From Blastocladiella emersonii ATCC 22665 (taxonomy: Eukaryota > Fungi > Blastocladiomycota), in NCBI GenBank assembly GCA_025594325.1, contig JANHCV010000001.1, positions 2,356,001 to 2,420,000 of the forward strand: a DNA stretch of 64,000 nt. The letters are read 5' to 3'. Positions 57,998 to 64,000 of this stretch are shown in pieces (position 1 is the stretch's first letter; each line of letters opens with the position of its first letter). The notes beneath the pieces were generated by a model. It did no database searches, had not been told where the DNA came from, and saw only the letters and a program-made list of their open reading frames with translations. The position numbers were made by a program, and so were the translations under genes.

Positions 57998-59196
57998 GGC
58001 CTCGTTGGCGGGGCCCAGCGACGGGACGTGGGCGAGAAGAGTCGATGGCGAGCGAGGCGGCGCGAGACCGGAAAGTGCGGGTCCCTACGCGTCGGCGCGA
58101 TCGGGGCGGGCGAGTGAGCATGGACCCGCATACAGTGGTCGCCGGGGGCAAGTCGGCCGGGTCTCGAGCGGGGTCTCGCGGGGGTTCCGGCACACCGTGG
58201 CGCGGCGCGAGCGGGGCGACGCGGCGGGCGGGCTGACGGACCTGGCAGCGTGGCCGGGCGGAGCTCGATGCGTTGCAGGAGGTCGAGAGGGGGGCACCCG
58301 AGGCAAGTGGGGAGGGCATGGACGTCAGGAAGCGCTGGGCCTCGGACGCGCCGCCCCGCACCGGCCCGCGCCGCGCCTCGGGTCCCCGCGTGCTCGCCCG
58401 TGCATGCCCTCGCGTTCGCGACGCGTCCACCGTGACGTCGCTGCGCTCCTCCACGCCGCGCTCCCTGCCCCTTGCGAAGAGGCCCAACTTGCCGCAACGA
58501 GATGTATCGCGTACCGCTGGATGGCGACGGCGGCTGTGGTCAGTTCCGCGGCGCTGTCGCTGGCGCTCGGCTGGTCGGTCGAGGAGCGCAGACTGCGCGC
58601 GCAGGCCGATCGGATGGCCTGGCAGATGAGCGGTGACTCGCCGTGGGAAACTAACCGCACGATGCGATGAGGATGGATGGCCGGCAGGCTTGCGTTGTGA
58701 CCCGCCGATGGGCGGCAACGTTGTCGCTGCTTCTGGCGCAGCCGCCGTTCCTGTTGCTGTGTGCTGCTGCGTGGGGACCCTGTCCGCCGACCACCACCGT
58801 TTGCGTGCCGGCCAGGCCACGCGACGGTGCCGCCTGTGCCATCGGGGGTCCGCTCGCGCCGCGCCAGCGCCTGATCGCCATGACAAAAGGCGCCGGGGCG
58901 CTGGGTCCCGGGCGCTGGCCCGAGCGCCAAGCGTTGCAAGTGGCGGCGCTACATCTTCACCGCGTCGTCGGGACAGTCCTTGCGCCGGTCATGGTGGGAA
59001 GGATGAGGAGAGGGAGTGCCGACTGAGAGCGCCTCCCGCGCTTCCTCTCGTCGCCGCCGCCGTCACCGCCTCCCGCTCTTCCTCTCCTTGCTCTGACGAT
59101 CGATCGATCATCCGACGGCGACATCCCGCAAACATCACACATCACGCACGCGCACACGCCCGACGCTCCGACACGCTCGCTCTCCACCAACCCACC

Positions 59197-59595
59197 ATGT
59201 CAACTACCGCCATGCCCCAGTTCCTCTCCGCCGCGCGCTTCGTCGTCGTTGGCGCCTCGGCCAGCCGCGAAAAGTTCGGCAACCGTGTCCTACGCTGGTA
59301 CCAGCAGCACGGCCTCGAGGTCGTCCCCGTCAACCCGCGCGAGAAGGAGATTGAGGGCGTCGCCGCCGTGCCGTCGCTCGCCGAGGTGCCCGGCAACCCC
59401 GCCGACTACAGCGTCTCGGTCATCACGCCGCCCGCCGCCACCGCCGCCGTCATCAAGCTCGGCGTCGAGCGCGGCTTCACCCGCTTCTGGCTGCAGCCCG
59501 GTGCCGAGTTCCCCGGCTGGGAGGCCTTTGCCAAGGACCACGGCGTCGCCATCATCGGCGGCGGCGCGTGCATCCTCCGCGACGCCAAGCTGTAA
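59197..59595 (+). CDS. Small CoA-binding domain protein (YccU-like), single exon
   Basis: FVVVGASASREKFGNRVLRWY..VVPVNP..SVITPP..FWLQPGAE..CIL. Confidence 0.9.
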   Translation: MSTTAMPQFLSAARFVVVGASASREKFGNRVLRWYQQHGLEVVPVNPREKEIEGVAAVPSLAEVPGNPADYSVSVITPPAATAAVIKLGVERGFTRFWLQPGAEFPGWEAFAKDHGVAIIGGGACILRDAKL

Positions 59596-60279
59596 GGCTT
59601 CCTCTCTCGTCCGCCTCCTTCCTCTCTGTACATTTTCTGTATAAATTCTTCCCAACCAACCCTGTGAGCTCGCCATCGGGTCGAATCCGTGTGAGGTCGC
59701 TCGCAAAACCCTCGCGTCGCGTCACACTTGTCCGTCCGCTCACTCCGACATTGCCCTCTCACAACTCTTGCGCAATCTCGCCTATTTCGCATCTCACTTA
59801 TCGCAATGGATTCATGGATCATGCTCGTATGAAGGGCCGTCGAGCTTTTGCCGTGGTCGCCCGCTTCGACTTTGGCGTATCGCGCGCGCCTTGTCCGGAT
59901 CTCCTCGCGCTCGACGAAAGGCTCAAAATCGCAGCACGGTTGACCTTCGCATGGTTTATTGCGACCATGTCCTCATGCGGCCGCGACTGGAGCTCACCCC
60001 GCGACGTGTTCTCAAAACGGCATCCTTGACCAGGCTTCCGGTTCTGCTGGGCAAGTCAACGTTGTCATGTGAAGGCGTCGCGGCAATCGAAAAGCGCTTC
60101 TCGAGCACAGCTGCTGCTGTTGACGTACTCGCGTCTGACACGAGACTTTCACAACGTTCTAACAAACGAAACTCATAACACCGCACTCATCGTTGCTGAT
60201 CCACCTCACCAAGGCCGAGCTTCCTTGGTACACGACCGCTCCATGGCATTCTCGGACAACGTTCATCTTGGCACGGCTA

Positions 60280-60323
60280 CTCGTCATTGTTGGACCGCTC
60301 GTCATTGTTGGACCGCTCGTCAT
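60280..60323 (+). repeat. 18-bp tandem repeat (CTCGTCATTGTTGGACCG) x2.4
   Basis: Read directly; intergenic. Confidence 0.9.
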
Positions 60324-60879
60324 CACGGACACGGACTTCGCTGTCTCGCCTCACCGACTTGGCGCGGCAACGGCTCACACTCAGGAGCATAACCTTGCCG
60401 CCAAAGGCCGATAAGTTGTATTTAGTCAACGTACATGATAATCGTTCAATGATTAATCCTGCCATGTGCTGGAAATGTGAGAACGGGCGCGCGCCGCGCG
60501 GCGCAAAAGCAAGGGAACTTGGCGAAAGCGCGAGACAAACACGTCTCACACCGTCCACGTGGACGAGTTTCGCAATACCCTTATCGCTTTCGCTTCGCCG
60601 CCCTCGCCACCTCTCCCCGCCTCAGTCCGAATCGAGTCACAACTTACCGCAATGCCAAGGGCACCACGTAACGAATGAAACCGTCTCCCTTGTTTTTGAG
60701 ACATGGCCTCCGAATCGAGTCAGCACCCGGGTCCGGTGGCGAGTGCGCAGCGAGCCGAATTCTCTCGCCCGACTACAAAAGGGGCGGCCGCCCGCCGACG
60801 CCCTCCCTCTCTCCCATCTCTGCTGTAATAGAGAGGCTGTGGATCCTGCGCATCACCACGCTTGCGTCGCTCGACCAAG

Positions 60880-63800
60880 ATGGTTTTTTGCTCTCCGAGT
60901 GCGGGCGGCACCGCCGTGCTCGACCCTCGTGTTTTGGACTTTACACCCTGCTTCCAGCAGGCCGTGCTGCTCAACGTCCCGACCGCCGTCATGCTCCTGC
61001 TCGGCGGTCCGCGACTCTTCTTCCTGGCAAACCGCAAGTCGCGGTTCCCGCCGTCGAATCGGCTGTACCTTGAGCTGCTGTTGCTCTTGGGGGCGGTTGT
61101 GCTCGCCGTGATCACGGTGGTGGCGTCCGACGAGGACATGGACGCGAGTGTTCTCGTCGCTCAGATTGGCTCTGTGGTTGCACTTGTAAGTTATCCTGCG
61201 CGTCGTGTCAGCAGCTCGTGAACTGACCGTCAGAGTTGTTGTGGTAGCTCTCCGCGTCGCCGATCGTCTGGCTTGAGCACACCAAGCTGCCCGCGCCGTC
61301 GTCGCTCATCTCGGTGTTCTGGCTCCTGCGCACCATCGCGGGCGGTCTCGCTCTCCGCACCTACGTCCGCCTCGGCACGGTTACTACCAGCCCGACCTAC
61401 TTCTACCTCTTCCTCGCCTCCACTCTCGTGTCGCTGGCCGCGACGCTTGTCGGTGCTGTTCCGACTTGCGCTCGCCGCGATGCGCTCAACACGTCGCCCG
61501 AGCACACGGCCTCCGTCTTCTCGCGCATCACCTTTTCGTGGCTCTTCCCGCTCCTCCGTACCGCCAACCGCAAGACCATCACCATCGACGACGTCTACGA
61601 GACGCCCCGCTTCCTCGCCACGGGCCGCCTCGAGCCGCTGTACCAGGAGCTGGCCGCGACCGCCGAGTCCAAGACGGCGATCAACCAGCTTACGTTCGGC
61701 GTCGTCGCGCGGTTCTGGACCACGTTCGCGCTCGTCATGCTCGGCAACGCGGCGTATCTCGTGTTCAACTTTGCCACGCCGGCCTTCCTCAACGGGCTCA
61801 TCGGCTTTGTCGAGGCGAGCGCGCCGTCGTCCGTCGCGACTCCGCCCATCGGTGACGGCCTCATCTTCGCCATTGGCCTGTTCCTGTCCACCAACTTCTC
61901 CACCATCAGCAACAACTACGCGCTGCAGCTCGTGACCAAGCTCCAGCTGCGCATGCGCACCGTCCTCATGACGGCCATCTACCGCAAGGCGCTGGTCCTC
62001 TCGCTCGGCGAGCGCGGCAAGTCGTCGGTCGGCGAAATTGTAACCCGCATGTCGGTCGACACGGGCCACGTCGTCGCGTTCCTCGTGCAGGTGAACGAGG
62101 TGTGGATGGTCCCGATCACGGCCGCGCTCTCGCTCAATTTCCTGTGGGATCTCCTCGGCCCCGCGGCGCTCAGCGGGCTCCTCGTCATGGCCGTCATTTC
62201 GCCGATCGTGCGCTGGTCCACGGGTATCTACATGCGCGAGAACAAGATCAAGCTCGACACCATGGACATCCGCATCAAGCTCGTCAACGAGGTGATCGCC
62301 GGCATCAAGACCGTGCGCCTGTACGGCCTCGAGGAGTACTTTACGGCCAAGCTCATCGCGCTGCGCGACACGGAGCAGGCCGCGCTGCGCCGCCGGTGGA
62401 AGGCCTTCTCGTTCGTCGTGGGCGTCAACAACTCGAGCCAGATCATGATCATTTTGGTCACGTTCGGCTTCGCGTCGCTCCTCGCCGCCGACAAGCCGCT
62501 GACGCCGCAGCGCGTCTTTGTCTCGCTCTCGTACCTCAACCTGTTCCTCAACACGCTCGGGTCCATCTTCAACATGATCGGGACGGGCGGGACCGCGCTC
62601 GTGTCGTACCGCCGCATCGGCCAGTTCCTCGACGCCCAGGAGATTGACGCGGCCGCCGTCGACCGGTCCACGGACGCGTCTGGCCCCGTTGCGATCCGCA
62701 TCTGCGACGGGCGCTTCCAGTGGGCCACCGCCGCTGACGACGACGCGGACGAGACGGCCCCCGCCGCCACGTTCGAGCTCAAGGGCATCAACTTCACGCT
62801 CGGGCGCGGCAAGCTGACGGCCGTGATCGGCCGCGTGGCCGAGGGCAAGTCAGCGCTGCTGCACGCGATCCTCGGCGAGATGCGCAAGCTCGACGGGTCC
62901 GTCACCGTCCGCGGCTCGATCGCGTACGTGCCGCAGTCGGCGTGGATCTTCAACGGCACGCTCCGCGAGAACATCGTCCACTGCTCGCCCTATGATGAGG
63001 CGTGGTACCACCGCGTGGTCGAGGCGTGCGCGCTGGTGCCCGACGTTCGCGCCATGGCCAACGGACACGACACGCTCATTGGCGATCGCGGGGTCACGGT
63101 ACGTTTGTTTTGATTCCGCCAAACTGGAGGGCATCGCTGACTCGACCTCGCTACGCGTAGTGCTCGGGCGGCCAGCAGGCGCGCATTTCGCTCGCGCGCG
63201 CCGTGTACGCGAACCGCGACATCTACCTCATCGACTCGGCCCTGGCCGCCGTCGACAGCATGGTCAGCACGCACATCTTCACCCACGTCTTTGGTCCGCG
63301 CGGCCTGCTTCGCGGCAAGTCGATCGTCTTCGTCACGCACGGCGTCCATCATCTCGCCCAGTGCGACGAGGTCGTGCTGCTCAAGGACGGCGCGATCGTC
63401 GAGAGCGGCTCGTTTGACGACCTCATGGACCGCCGCGGCGACGTGTACGCGCTCGTCACCGAGTTCTCGGCCGTGGACCGCTCGTCGCCGAGCGGCGACG
63501 CCGCTGATCCGGCGCTGTCGACCGCGGACTCGGCGCTCACCATCGCCGAACCGGAGCAGGTCGACGACAAGTGCACATTGTCGCCGCCCGCCACCGCCCA
63601 GCAGCAGGACGACGACTCGCTGACGGGCACCGTCACGTTCGCCGTGTACGCCGCGTACCTCCGCGCGTGCGGTACCTACGGCCTCGCCCTCTTCATCCCC
63701 GCCTTCCTCATCGGCAACGGCATCACGTCGCTCCACAGCTACTGGCTGAACGTCATGTCGACGGCCGTCAACGCGGCCACGCCCGACCGGCCCGTCGACC

Positions 63801-64000
63801 TCGGCTACTACCTCGGCGTGTACGGCGGGCTCACGGCGCTCAACGTCGTCGCCATGTGGCTCGTCGCGCACGCGTCGCTCACGGTCATGTCCGTCACGGC
63901 GTCGCGCGTGCTCCACGCGAACCTGATCGCGCGGGTCATGCGCGCGCCGCTGTCATGGTTCACCGTGGTCCCTGCCGGCCGCATTGTGAACCGGTTCAGC
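60880..64000 (+). CDS. ABCC/MRP (Ycf1-like) ABC transporter, truncated by the window end; introns 61186-61247, 63100-63160
   Basis: TMD0 DFTPCFQQAVL; ASVFSRITFSWL; Walker A GRVAEGKS; signature SGGQQARISLARAVY; TMD2 start GTVTFAVYAAYL; GRIVNRFS at the edge. Confidence 0.93.

Noticed and set aside
59670-59700. GGTCGAATCC resembling a tRNA T-loop
   Set aside because: No acceptor stem, D-arm or anticodon arm can be built around it.
60280-60323. 18-bp repeat as a CRISPR array
   Set aside because: Adjacent copies with no spacers, eukaryotic context, no cas genes.

Overview
GC-rich, gene-dense eukaryotic DNA with short (mostly 55-90 nt) GT-AG introns (donor GTACGY/GTGCGY, branch CTRAC, acceptor mostly GTAG). 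Gene content (PacC/Rim101, AA11 LPMO, Swi1, 7TM-RGS) is fungal; an early-diverging, possibly Blastocladiomycota-like fungus is my inference, not something I can prove. I reconstructed 28 protein-coding genes by joining exons by hand; I saw no rRNA, tRNA, CRISPR array or recognisable transposon. Most genes are housekeeping. The stand-out is a 7-exon, 1007-aa gene (41589-44997) that fuses a multi-pass membrane domain to a full-length heterotrimeric G-alpha fold in which every nucleotide-binding G-box is degenerate (a membrane-tethered pseudo-G-alpha). A 7TM-RGS gene lies about 40 kb away. Other notable items: a 453-nt ATP16 intron that folds into a long rod on the transcribed strand, and a GAGACGCGTT motif shared by four head-to-head promoters. 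All family calls come from motif recognition by eye; no database search was run.
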